A stretch of 64,000 bases of DNA from Eledone cirrhosa (GCA_964016885.1 OZ024764.1:2728001-2792000), one strand, 5' to 3'. Positions 30,866 to 43,505 are shown, counted from the stretch's first letter. The notes: generated from the letters alone by a model not told the origin. Translations and numbers: made by a program.

Positions 30866-31684
30866 CATGGAACTCTTTTAACCATCTTTTGATCTTATAT
30901 ATTATATATATATATATATCATCATCATCATCATCATCATCAGGTTTAGCGTCCGTGTTCCACGCTTGCATGGGTTTGGACGGGGGTTTTCCCACTTGAG
31001 GCAAGAGTGGTTGTCTTGCTCGCATAGGACTGTCTGGCAGGTTTTCTACAGTTGGATGCCCTTCTATATATATATATATATATGTATAGTTTGGAAAGTG
31101 AATAATAACCCTGAGATATGTTGAAATATACCGAGTAAAACATTTCTTTGGTTTGTTTGTCATCCTTTGTCATCATCACCATTGTCACCACCGTTTAACG
31201 TCAATTTTTCCATGTTAGCATGGGTCAGACAAGTTATCCTGCTGTGAGCAAATGCTAGGTCAGGTGACCATGTCATGCTCATACAGAACCAATTTTACCT
31301 TTTGCCCTTTATATATTTCTACCACTGCCAGAAACAGTCCTATACGAGCGAGACACGGTCACCTGACCAACCTTGCCTCAAGTGGGACAATACCATCTAA
31401 CCCATGCTAGCGTGGAAGATAGATGTTAAACAATGATGATGATGATGATGATGTACCAGCTTTCTGAACCTTACCAGTCATTTATTACACATCTCAAAAT
31501 ACTTCTAATTAACTAAACAGATTGAAGTCAATTTGAAAAGGGTTACTTTACCCCGAAATATACTGGGTAAAACATTACATTGTTTGGTTTTAGTTGTCAT
31601 CATTTGTACCTTATATGTTTCTACCACATTTTACTGGCTTTCTGAAATACTTATCAAACAAAAACAGTCAAAGAAATTACGTAC

Positions 31685-31833
31685 AATCCAGAGTTGAGGT
31701 GGTCACCAAGTTCTTTGAAATTGTCGACCCTAGCAACAGGAATTATTATAGAGTTTGTAACATAAGCCAGGGCCAGTTCATTCCCACAGGATTCATTTTT
31801 AACAGAGTCCAAAGATAGAACCATCAGGAAAAT
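31685..31833 (-). CDS. TIR gene exon 3 (IFLMVLSLDSVKNESCGNELALAYVTNSIIIPVARVDNFKELGDHLNSG)
   Basis: Acceptor ttttccag| and donor TT|gtacgt; 149 nt, phase 0 to 2. Encodes TIR betaC, alphaC (SxxxxxCxxEL) and betaD (IIPV). Confidence 0.9.
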
Positions 31834-32454
31834 CTGGAAAATACATGAACGGAAACAAATAAATAATCTTTTATATAATTGTTTCTACTTTTGGCACAAG
31901 GCCAGCAATTACCCCAGCGCATTGCTGGTACTTTATTTTATCGACCCCATAATGATAAGAGGACTGCGAGACTGTGTCTGGGTTATTTTTTCTGAACACA
32001 TTAGTAAAATAAGTCGGATTACTTTGAATAAATAATTGTTTCTACTTTTGGCAAAGGCCAGCAATTACCCAGTGCATTACTGGTACTTTAATGAATGAAT
32101 ATTACATAATTTATCTACTAAATTTCGTAGCTGTTGATTAAACATAAATATTCTTATATATAATGATTGCTTATTTTAAGATTCACTGCTTTTAAAATTT
32201 TCAAATGTCAACACTTTCAGTTATGATATAACAGACACTATATCACATCACTTATATAAACCTTCATATATTTACATCATATTTCTGTCGCTAATTTTCT
32301 CCTTTTTCGTTTTCATTATATTTCACTGTAATCCAGTTTATATATAATATCGTCTTTTTTAAATGTATCATGGATTACTTTACTGATTACATAAGACAGT
32401 GTAACACAGTCTCTCTTCAATTTCTGTGTAAATTGTCAATTACGATGTTATTTG

Positions 32455-33328
32455 ATGTATCATATCTACATGTATATAATAGCAATATACACACTACACA
32501 TGTATCATATCTACATGTATATATACTTGTGTATAATATCAATATACACACTACACATGTATCATATCTACATGTATATATACTTGTGTATAATATCAAT
32601 ATACACACTACACATGTAACATATCTACATGTATATATACTTGCATGTAACACACTACACATGTATTATATCTACATGTATATATACTTGTGTATAATAG
32701 CAATATACACACTACACATGTAACATATCTACATGTATATATACTTATGTATAATATCAATATACACACTACACATGTATCATATCTACATGTATATATA
32801 CTTGTGTATAATATCAATATACACACTACACATGTAACATATCTACATGTATATATACTTGCATGTAACACACTACACATGTATCATATCTACATGTATA
32901 TATACTTGTGTATAATAGCAATATACACACTACACATGTAACATATCTACATGTATATATACTTATGTATAATATCAATATACACACTACACATGTATCA
33001 TATCTACATGTATATATACTTGTGTATAATATCAATATACACACTACACATGTAACATATCTACATGTATATATACTTGCATGTAACACACTACACATGT
33101 ATCATATCTACATGTATATATACTTGTGTATAATAGCAATATACACACTACACATGTATCATATCTACATGTATATATACTTGTGTATAATATCAATATA
33201 CACACTACACATGTATCATATCTACATGTATATATACTTGTGTATAATATCAATATACACACTACACATGTAACATATCTACATGTATATATACTTGCAT
33301 GTAATAGCAATATACACACTACACATGC
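32455..33328. repeat. 57-bp minisatellite with a 218-bp higher-order unit
   Basis: 19-aa periodic ORFs; ORF offsets of 218. Confidence 0.9.
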
Positions 33329-33496
33329 TAGCAGAAAACCACATGAAGGGTGGTTTTTCTGCTAGTAGTAATAATTATTTCTAGTATAGGCACAAGGCCA
33401 GTAATTTTTGGGGGGCTGGAGGGGGGGGGGGGGGGGATTAAATCGACCCCAGTACGTTATCCCAGTGTATTACTGGTACTTTATTTTATCGACCCC

Positions 33497-33920
33497 GTAA
33501 TAATTGTTTCTACTTTTGGCACAAGGCCAGCAATTATCCCAGTGTATTACTGGTACTTTATTTTATCGACCCCGTAATAATTGTTTCTACTTTTGGCACA
33601 AGGCCAGCAATTATCCCAGTGTATTACTGGTACTTTATTTCATCGACCCCGTAATAATTGTTTCTACTTTTGGCACAAGGCCAGCAATTATCCCAGTGTA
33701 TTACTGGTACTTTATTTCATCGACCCCGTAATAATTGTTTCTACTTTTGGCACAAGGCCAGCAATTATCCCAGCGCATTACTGGTACTTTATTTTATCAA
33801 CCCCGTCAGGATGAAAGGCAAAGTTAACCTTGGCGGGATTTGAACTCAGACCATAAAGGGCCGTAACTCTATGCTGCAAAGAATGGTGTCTGACTCTCTA
33901 CCGATACTGCCAATCCCCCA
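33497..33920 (-). mobile_element. SINE family A copy with its 77-bp 3' part tandemly repeated about 4 times
   Basis: Period 77, seen in ORF starts at 33504, 33581 and 33658. Confidence 0.78.
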
Positions 33921-34004
33921 CCCTTCTGCTAATAATAATAATAAGGAAGACTGTCCCTCCCACATAATGTGACCCCCACCCAGCAACAAAATCATGCCCC
34001 AGTC

Positions 34005-37000
34005 ACTCTCACCTTTGATTTAACCACGTTTTGCTTCCTCTTCCCCACCCCCAAAATTGTGCTGTAGTCCCTTTCAGTTTTGATTTAACAACAGTTAAAC
34101 CCTCAAAAGTCTTTCCCCCATCCCCTTCACACCTTTGATTAAATTAGTTTGGCCCCTAACAAAACTTGACCCAGCCCCTTTCACCTTTGATTTACCCACA
34201 GTGTAACCCCACATAACTTGACCCAGCTAGACTCACCTTTGATTTAAACACAGTGTAACCCCATATAACTTGCTCCAGTTAGACTCACCTTTGATTTACC
34301 CACAGTGTAACCCCACATAACTTGACCCAGCTAGACTCACCTTTGATTTAAACACAGTGTACCCCCACATAACTTGACCCAACTAGACTCACCTTTGATT
34401 TACCCACAGTGTAACCCCACATTACTTACTCCAGCTAGACTCACCTTTGATTTACCCACAGTGTAACCCCACATAACTTGCTCCAGCTAGACTCACCTTT
34501 GATTTACCCACAGTGTAACCCCACATAACTTGACCCAGCTAGACTCACCTTTGATTTAACCACAGTGTACCCCCACATAACTTGACCCAACTAGACTCAC
34601 CTTTGATTTACCCACAGTGTAACCCCACATAACTTGCTCCAGCTAGACTCACCTTTGATTTACCCACAGTGTAACCCCACATAACTTGCTCCAGCTAGAC
34701 TCACCTTTGATTTACCCACAGTGTAACCCCACATAACTTGCTCCAGCTAGACTCACCTTCGATTTACCTACAGTGTAACCCCACATAACTTGCTCCAGCT
34801 AGACTCACCTTTGATTTACCCACAGTGTAACCCCTTATTAACTTGCTCCAGCTAGACTCACCTTTGATTTAACCACATAGTAACCCCACATAACTTAACC
34901 CATTAGACTCACCTTTGATTTACCCACAGTGTAACCCCACATAACTTGCTCCAGCTAGACTCACCTTTGATTTACCCACAGTGTAACCCCACATAACTTG
35001 CTCCAGCTAGACTCACCTTCGATTTACCTACAGTGTAACCCCACATAACTTGCTCCAGCTAGACTCACCTTTGATTTACACACAGTGTAACCCCAAATAA
35101 CTTGCTCCAGCTAGACTCACCTTTGATTTACCCACAGTGTAACCTCACATAACTTGCTCCAGCTAGACTCACCTTTGATTTAACCACAGTGTAACCCCAC
35201 ATAACTTGCTCCAGCTAGACTCACCTTTGATTTACCCACAGTGTAACCCCACATAACTTGACCCAGCTAGACTCACCTTTGATTTACCCACAGTGTAACC
35301 CCACATAACTTGCTCCAGCTAGACTCACCTTTGATTTACACACAGTGTAACCCCAAATAACTTGCTCCAGCTAGACTCACCTTTGATTTACCCACAGTGT
35401 AACCTCACATAACTTGCTCCAGCTAGACTCACCTTTGATTTAACCACAGTGTAACCTCACATAACTTGCTCCAGCTAGACTCACCTTCGATTTACCTACA
35501 GTGTAACCCCACATAACTTGCTCCAGCTAGACTCACCTTTGATTTAACCACAGTGTAACCCCACATAACTTGCTCCAGCTAGACTCACCTTTGATTTACC
35601 CACAGTGTAACCCCACATAACTTGACCCAGCTAGACTCACCTTTGATTTACCCACAGTGTAACCCCACATAACTTGCTCCAGCTAGACTCACCTTCGATT
35701 TACCCACAGTGTAACCTCACATAACTTGCTCCAGCTAGACTCACCTTCGATTTACCTACAGTGTAACCCCAAATAACTTGCTCCAGCTAGACTCACCTTT
35801 GATTTACCCACAGTGTAACCTCACATAACTTGCTCCAGCTAGACTCACCTTTGATTTAACCACAGTGTAACCTCACATAACTTGCTCCAGCTAGACTCAC
35901 CTTCGATTTACCCACAGTGTAACCTCACATAACTTGCTCCAGCTAGACTCACCTTTGATTTACCCACAGTGTAACCCCACATAACTTGACCCAGCTAGAC
36001 TCACCTTTGATTTACCCACAGTGTAACCCCACATAACTTGCTCCAGCTAGACTCACCTTTGATTTACACACAGTGTAACCTCACATAACTTGCTCCAGCT
36101 AGACTCACCTTTGATTTACACACAGTGTAACCCCAAATAACTTGCTCCAGCTAGACTCACCTTTGATTTACCCACAGTGTAACCTCACATAACTTGCTCC
36201 AGCTAGACTCACCTTTGATTTAACCACAGTGTAACCTCACATAACTTGCTCCAGCTAGACTCACCTTCGATTTACCCACAGTGTAACCTCACATAACTTG
36301 CTCCAGCTAGACTCACCTTTGATTTACCCACAGTGTAACCCCACATAACTTGCTCCAGCTAGACTCACCTTTGATTTACCCACAGTGTAACCCCACATAA
36401 CTTGCTCCAGCTAGACTCACCTTTGATTTACACACAGTGTAACCCCAAATAACTTGCTCCAGCTAGACTCACCTTTGATTTACCCACAGTGTAACCCCAC
36501 ATAACTTGCTCCAGCTAGACTCACCTTTGATTTACCCACAGTGTAACCCCACATAACTTGACCCAGCTAGACTCACCTTTGATTTACCCACAGTGTAACT
36601 CCACATAACTTGCTCCAGCTAGACTCACCTTTGATTTACCCACAGTGTAACCCCACATAACTTGCTCCAGCTAGACTCACCTTTGATTTAACCACAGTGT
36701 AACCCGACATAACTTGCTCCAGCTAGACTCACCTTTGATTTAACCACAGTGTAACCCCACATAACTTGCTCCAGCTAGACTCACCTTTGATTTACCCACA
36801 GTGTAACCCCACATAACTTGCTCCAGCTAGACTCACCTTTGATTTAACCACAGTGTAACCCGACATAACTTGCTCCAGCTAGACTCACCTTTGATTTAAC
36901 CACAGTGTAACCCCACATAACTTGACCCAGCTAGACTCACCTTTGATTTACCCACAGTGTAACCCCACATAACTTGCTCCAGCTAGACTCACCTTTGATT

Positions 37001-37166
37001 TACCTACAGTGTAACCCCACATAACTTGACCCAGCTAGACTCACCTTTGATTTAACCACAGTGTAACCTCACATAACTTGACCCAGCTAGACTCACCTTT
37101 GATTTACCCACAGTGTAACCCCATATAACTTGCTCCAGCTAGACTCACCTTTGATTTAACCACAGC
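34005..37166. repeat. 52-bp minisatellite, about 57 conserved copies, containing the exon 2 donor site
   Basis: Unit AGACTCACCTTTGATTTACCCACAGTGTAACCCCACATAACTTGCTCCAGCT; copies at 34005-34175 are degenerate. Confidence 0.95.
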
Positions 37167-37264
37167 CTGGCCACGCTGTGAGGTGGAATATCTATCAATG
37201 TCATAATGGTTTGTACGTGGTTCCTTGTCGTACCAAACTTTCCAATCATAAGGTTTTAATTCAG
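37149..37264 (-). CDS. TIR gene exon 2 (AELKPYDWKVWYDKEPRTNHYDIDRYSTSQRGQAVVKSK)
   Basis: Acceptor ttttgcag| and donor AAG|gtgagt; 116 nt, phase 1 to 0. KVWYD matches the TIR betaB motif. Confidence 0.88.
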
Positions 37265-37344
37265 CTGCAAAACACAAAATATCATAAACCACATATATCA
37301 GAGATCACTCTCAGACGGAAACATACTGATGTTTGTGCATTGCC

Positions 37345-38316
37345 CTATGTACTGTACATGCACCTTTGATGAGTTGTAGTGCACCTGGGCACTGTACACA
37401 ATATTTCATTATTGTTATTGTTATTATATCATGACTCATACACTGTTCATTTTCCTGACATTTGTACATTATTCTATGTACTATACATGCACCTTTGATG
37501 AGTTGTGGTGCACCTGGGCACTGTACACAATATTTCATTATTGTTATTGTTATTATATCATGACTCATACACTGTTCATTTTCCTGACATTTGTACATTA
37601 TTCTATGTACTATACATGCACCTTTGATGAGTTGTGGTGCACCTGGGCACTGTACACAATATTTCATTATTGTTATTGTTATTATATCATGACTCATACA
37701 CTGTTCATTTTCCTGACATTTGTACATTATTCTATGTACTATACATGCACCTTTGATGAGTTGTGGTGCACCTGGGCACTGTACACAATATTTCATTATT
37801 GTTATTGTTATTATATCATGACTCATACACTGTTCATTTTCCTGACATTTGTACATTATTCTATGTACTATACATGCACCTTTGATGAGTTGTGGTGCAC
37901 CTGGGCACTGTACACAATATTTCATTATTGTTATTGTTATTATATCATGACTCATACACTGTTCATTTTCCTGACATTTGTACATTATTCTATGTACTAT
38001 ACATGCACCTTTGATGAGTTGTGGTGCACCTGGGCACTGTACACAATATTTCATTATTGTTATTGTTATTATATCATGACTCATACACTGTTCATTTTCC
38101 TGACATTTGTACATTATTCTATGTACTATACATGCACCTTTGATGAGTTGTGGTGCACCTGGGCACTGTACACAATATTTCATTATTGTTATTGTTATTA
38201 TATCATGACTCATACACTGTTCATTTTCCTGACATTTGTACATTATTCTATGTACTATACATGCACCTTTGATGAGTTGTAGTGCACCTGAGCACTGTAC
38301 ACAATAATTTCATTAT
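37345..38316 (+). repeat. 129-bp tandem array (about 7.5 copies) of the CR1/L2 3' UTR
   Basis: 43-aa periodic ORFs; the unit matches about 3190-3305. Confidence 0.9.
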
Positions 38317-38402
38317 ATTATATATATAGTGAGACATGGGCAGCAACTGCAGAGGTGGTGCTATTAGGTTAGACATGCCCTGGGCCAATATTGGCTGAAA
38401 GT

Positions 38403-38462
<60 letters not shown>

Positions 38463-38487
38463 ATATGTATATGTATATATATATGTA

Positions 38488-39039
38488 TTGGGTTGGAAGA
38501 AGTTTAGGGAGCTGCTTCCTCTGTTGACGAAGAAGGGTTTCTCCCTGCGTACGAAAGGCCGGTTGTATGATGCCTATGTGAGGAGCGCGATGCTGCATGG
38601 TAGTGAGACATGGGCAGCAACTGCAGAGGATATGCGACGGCTGGAGAGAAATGAGGCAAGCATGCTCCGTTGGATGTGCAGTGTAAATGTGCGTGAACGA
38701 CCCAGCATAAATGTGTTGAGAGAGAAACTGTGTCTGAGAGGGATAGAATGTAGTGTACGGGAGAGGAGACTGGGGTGGTATGGACATGTGATGCGCATGG
38801 AGGATGACCGATGGGTGAAGAAGTGTCAGGAAATGCCAGTTGAAGGAAGATGTGGTAGAGGTAGACCACGAAAAACATAGGCGGAGGTGGTGAGAACAGA
38901 CCTCAGATCATTGAAGCTCACGGTGGAGATGACGAGGGACCGTGACGAGTGGAGAGATGCTGTGCTGAATAAGACCCGTCCCACCCTTGCAAGCAGGGAA
39001 AAGCGGACGTAAAATGATGATGATGATGATGATGATGAT

Positions 39040-39040
<1 letters not shown>
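38488..39040 (+). mobile_element. RTE-clade LINE 3' end
   Basis: GWKKFRELLPLL..KGRLY...VRSAMLHGSETW ... RRLGWYGHVMRM ... GRGRPRKT, then an (ATG)n tail. Smaller fragments lie at about 45120-45350, 48160-48420, 49612-49870 and 55095-55230. Confidence 0.88.
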
Positions 39041-39075
<35 letters not shown>

Positions 39076-39502
39076 ATATAATCATCATCATCATCGTTTA
39101 ACGTCCATCTTCCAAGCTAGCATGGGTTAGACAGTTTTGTTCCATTTGATCCCGAAATGGTCAGGTGACCGTGTCTCGCTCGTACGGAAGTGTCTCTGGC
39201 AGGTTTTCTACGGTTGGATGCCCTTCCTAACACCAACCACATTTACGGTGTGGACTGGGAGCCTTTTTACCGTGTTTCCGACATGACCACTTTACAGTGT
39301 GGACTGGGTACTTTTTGTTGTGACACCTCCATGACCACTTTACAGTGTGGACTGCGTACTATTTGTCGTGACACCTACATGACCACTTTACAGAATGGAC
39401 TGGGTACTTTTTGTCATGACACCTACATGACCACTTTACAGAGTGGACTGGGTGCTTTTTGTTGTGTCATCGACACAGTGGACAGAAATGGGGTGTATAT
39501 AT

Positions 39503-39627
39503 ATTTCAAATTAATCAACGGAGTTAAAAACTCGCATTACTCCCCCATAATTTAGGGAGCTCAAGGAATATATATTCCGGGCTCGGGGATTAATGTGAGT
39601 TTTTAACTCCATTAATTAATTTGAAAT
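39503..39627. repeat. Short foldback at the 5' end of a pLTR-like segment
   Basis: Inverted arms TTTCAAATTAAT..GGAGTTAAAAACTC.CATTA and its reverse complement. Confidence 0.6.
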
Positions 39628-39816
39628 TTTAGCTCCTGATTCATTTCTATATGTAAGTAGAGCTTCCAAAGTTGAATGATTCTGAGGTGCTATTTTTAGC
39701 AGGCTTTTGGGCTATTCACACCACCATGGGCTATAAAACACACGTCTTTCCTCTATATCATACATGTCTTCTTAGTTATCTGATATATTTTTATAGAAGT
39801 GTTGATCATATTGCTA

Positions 39817-39899
39817 GACACCCAATGATGAGCTATATAAACAATATGTATTCACTTATTATAGCGAAACACTCTCTTATTTGAGCATGTCCGGGTGTT
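39817..39899 (+). ncRNA. Degenerate hammerhead (core ATGATGA, C3 to A)
   Basis: Stem I GACACCC/GGGTGTT; stem II GCTATA...TATAGC; GAAAC...GTC. Confidence 0.55.
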
Positions 39900-40503
39900 A
39901 TTGTTATAATGGAATGGTTAGTATACTTAAATATATTCTTTTTATTGATTTATATTCACCATTCCTTCTGTAGGTAATATGTTTGTCACTCTGGTGGGTT
40001 TTAATCCCCTATGATTGAACATATATATCTATGTTTACTTCTATGTATGTATGTATGTATGTATGTATGTGTGTGAGGGGGGGGGGGGCGCGTGTGTGTG
40101 TGTGCGTGCGTGTGTGTGTGCGCGTGTGCGTGTGTGTGTTTGTGTGAGTGCAGAGCTATCAAAATTGATGGAAACTACGGAGTAGGTAGACCCAGAAAGA
40201 CCTGGGACTAGGTGGTAAGAGCTGACCTTGCACACTTGAACCTCTCTAAGACAATGACACAGGATCGAGATCTTTGGCCCTATGCAGTTATATAGAAGAC
40301 CTGCTTTGTAGGCACCTCTTAATCCAATATACACCTTACACCTACCTCCCACTGCTGCCCACACCACCCTTACTCTGTAAAGTTATGTTTGTACCACAGA
40401 ACATCCAGCCCAAACTGTAAAGTGGTTGTGTAGGAGACAACAAAAAGCAACCAGTCCACACTGTAGATGTGGTTGGCCATAGAAAACCTGCCAGATGCAG
40501 TCC

Positions 40504-43300
40504 AATAGTATATATAGAGTAATGTAAATGTTATGTGAGATATTATGTGAGGTAAAGCCTTTACTGTGAAAATACAATAGTATATATAGAGTAATTTAGA
40601 TGTTATGTGAGATATTATGTGAGGTAAAGCCTTTACTGTGAAAATACAATAGTATATATAGAGTAATGTAAATGTTATGTGAGATATTATGTGAGGTAAA
40701 GCCTTTACTGTGACAATACAATAGTATATATAGAGTAATGTAAATGTTATGTGAGGTATTATGTGAGGTAAAGCCTTTACTGTGATAATACAATAGTATA
40801 TATAGAGTAATGTAAATGTTATGTGAGATATTATGATAGGTAAAGCCTTTACTGTGAAAATACAATAGTATATATAGAGTAATGTAAATGTTATGTGAGA
40901 TATTATGTGAGGTAAAGCCTTTACTGTGAAAATACAATAGTATATATAGAGTAATGTAAATGTTATGTGAGATATTATGTGAGGTAAAGCCTTTACTGTG
41001 ACAATACAATAGTATATATAGAGTAATGTAAATGTTATGTGAGGTATTATGTGAGGTAAAGCCTTTACTGTGATAATACAATAGTATATATAGAGTAATG
41101 TAAATGTTATGTGAGATATTATGTGAGGTAAAGCCTTTACTGTGAAAATACAATAGTATATATAGAGTAATGTAAATGTTATGTGAGATATTATATGAGG
41201 TAAAGCCTTTACTGTGACAATACAATAGTATATATAGAGTAATGTAAATGTTATGTGAGGTATTATGTGAGGTAAAGCCTTTACTGTGATAATACAATAG
41301 TATATATAGAGTAATGTAAATGTTATGTGAGATATTATGTGAGGTAAAGCCTTTACTGTGAAAATACAATAGTATATATAGAGTAATGTAAATGTTATGT
41401 GAGATATTATGTGAGGTAAAGCCTTTACTGTGAAAATACAATAGTATATATAGAGTAATGTAAATGTTATGTGAGATATTATGTGAGGTAAAGCCTTTAC
41501 TGTGAAAATACAATAGTATATATAGAGTAATGTAAATGTTATGCGAGATATTATGTGAGGTAAAGCCTTTACTGTGACAATACAATAGTATATATAGAGT
41601 AATGTAAATGTTATGTGAGATATTATGTGAGGTAAAGCCTTTACTGTGACAATACAATAGTATATATAGAGTAATGTAAATGTTATGTGAGATATTATGT
41701 GAGGTAAAGCCTTTACTGTGAAAATACAATAATATATATAGAGTAGTGTAAATGTTATGTGAGATATTATGTGAGGTAAAGCCTTTACTGTGACAATACA
41801 ATAGTATATATAGAGTAATGTAAATGTTATGTGAGATATGTGAGGTAAAGCCTTTACTGTGAAAATACAATAGTATATATAGAGTAATGTAAATGCTATG
41901 TGAGATATTATGTGAGGTAAAGCCTTTACTGTGAAAATACAATAGTATATATAGAGTAATGTAAATGCTATGTGAGATATTATGTGAGGTAAAGCCTTTA
42001 CTGTGAAAATACAATAGTATATATAGAGTAATGTAAATGTTATGTGAGATATTATGTGAGGTAAAGTCTTTACTTTGAAAATACAATAGTATATATAGAG
42101 TAATGTAAATGTTATGTGAGGTAAAGTCTTTACTGTGAAAATACAACAGTATATATAGAGTAATGTAAATGTTATGTGAGGTAAAGTCTTTACTGTGAAA
42201 ATACAATAGTATATATAGAGTAATGTAAATGTTATGTGAGATATTATGTGAGGTAAAGCCTTTACTGTGAAAATACAATAGTATATATAGAGTAATGTAA
42301 ATGTTATGTGAGATATTATGTGAGGTAAAGACTTTACTGTGACAATACAATAGTATATATAGAGAAATGTAAATGTTTTGTGAGATATTATGTGAGGTAA
42401 AGCCTTTACTGTGAAAATACAATAGTATATATAGAGTAATTTAAATGTTATGCGAGATATTATGTGAGGTAAAGCCTTTACTGTGACAATACAATAGTAT
42501 ATATAGAGTAATGTAAATGTTATGCGAGATATTATGTGAGGTAAAAGCCGTTACTGTGAAAATATGATAGTATATATAGAGTAATGTAAATGTTATGTGA
42601 GATATTATGTGAGGTAAAGCCTTTACTGTGAAAATACAATAGTATATATAGAGTAATGTAAATGTTATGTGAGATATTATGTGAGGTAAAGCCTTTACTG
42701 TGACAATACAATAGTATATATAGAGTAATGTAAATGTTATGTGAGATATTATGTGAGGTAAAGCCTTTACTGTGAAAATACAATAGTATATATAGAGTAA
42801 TGTAAATGTTATGTGAGATATTATGTGAGGTAAAGCCTTTACTGTGAAAATACAATAGTATATATAGAATAATGTAAATGTTATGTGAGATATTATGTGA
42901 GGTAAAGCCTTTACTGTGAAAATACAATAGTATATATAGAGTAATGTAAATGTTATGTGAGATATTATGTGAGGTAAAGCCTTTACTGTGAAAATACAAT
43001 AGTATATATAGAGTAATGTAAATGTTATGTGAGATATTATGTGAGGTAAAGCCTTTACTGTGAAAATACAATAGTATATATAGAGTAATGTAAATGTTAT
43101 GTGAGATATTATGTGAGGTAAAAGCCGTTACTGTGAAAATATGATAGTATATATAGAGTAATGTAAATGTTATGTGAGATATTATGTGAGGTAAAGCCTT
43201 TACTGTGAAAATACAATAGTATATATAGAGTAATGTAAATGTTATGTGAGATATTATGTGAGGTAAAAGCCGTTACTGTGAAAATATGATAGTATATATA
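40504..43300. repeat. 72-bp minisatellite, about 39 copies
   Basis: 24-aa periodic ORF; the unit matches MITE subterminal sequence at about 44250-44335. Confidence 0.93.
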
Positions 43301-43326
43301 TCATCAAACAATCAAGAAATACTCAC

Positions 43327-43408
43327 CAGCCAGTTTTTCCACAAACGGTAAGTCTTCTACATCATAACTTATCACTATGTCTGGATCCATGTTGCAGTGA
43401 CCACGGTC
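43327..43408 (-). CDS. TIR-EF-hand-like-HEAT gene, first visible exon; probable ATG at 43390 (MDPDIVISYDVEDLPFVEKLA), TIR betaA-alphaA
   Basis: Acceptor ctcatcttttag| and donor G|gtgagt. ATG lies in good Kozak context (AACATGG). DIVISY..ED..FVEKL matches the TIR N-terminal motif. It ends in phase 1, matching the next exon. The 18 nt upstream (DRGHCN) are open, so an N-terminal extension cannot be excluded. Confidence 0.85.
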
Positions 43409-43505
43409 CTAAAAGATGAGAGAGAAAGCAGAGCTGGTGAAGGAACATAACTTAACAAAGGTGCTCACAGAATTATGACAGAATTTTTAGATAAGTATAA
43501 ACACT

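Larger units (their letters stand above)
30573..30905. mobile_element. Foldback element carrying two intact hammerheads, intron 3
   Basis: Near-identical inverted arms of about 155 bp with a spacer of about 20 nt. Confidence 0.75.

Noticed and set aside
31677-31684. Alternative exon 3 donor GTAATT, 4 nt downstream
   Set aside because: It gives phase 0, which is incompatible with exon 4; GTACGT keeps the frame.
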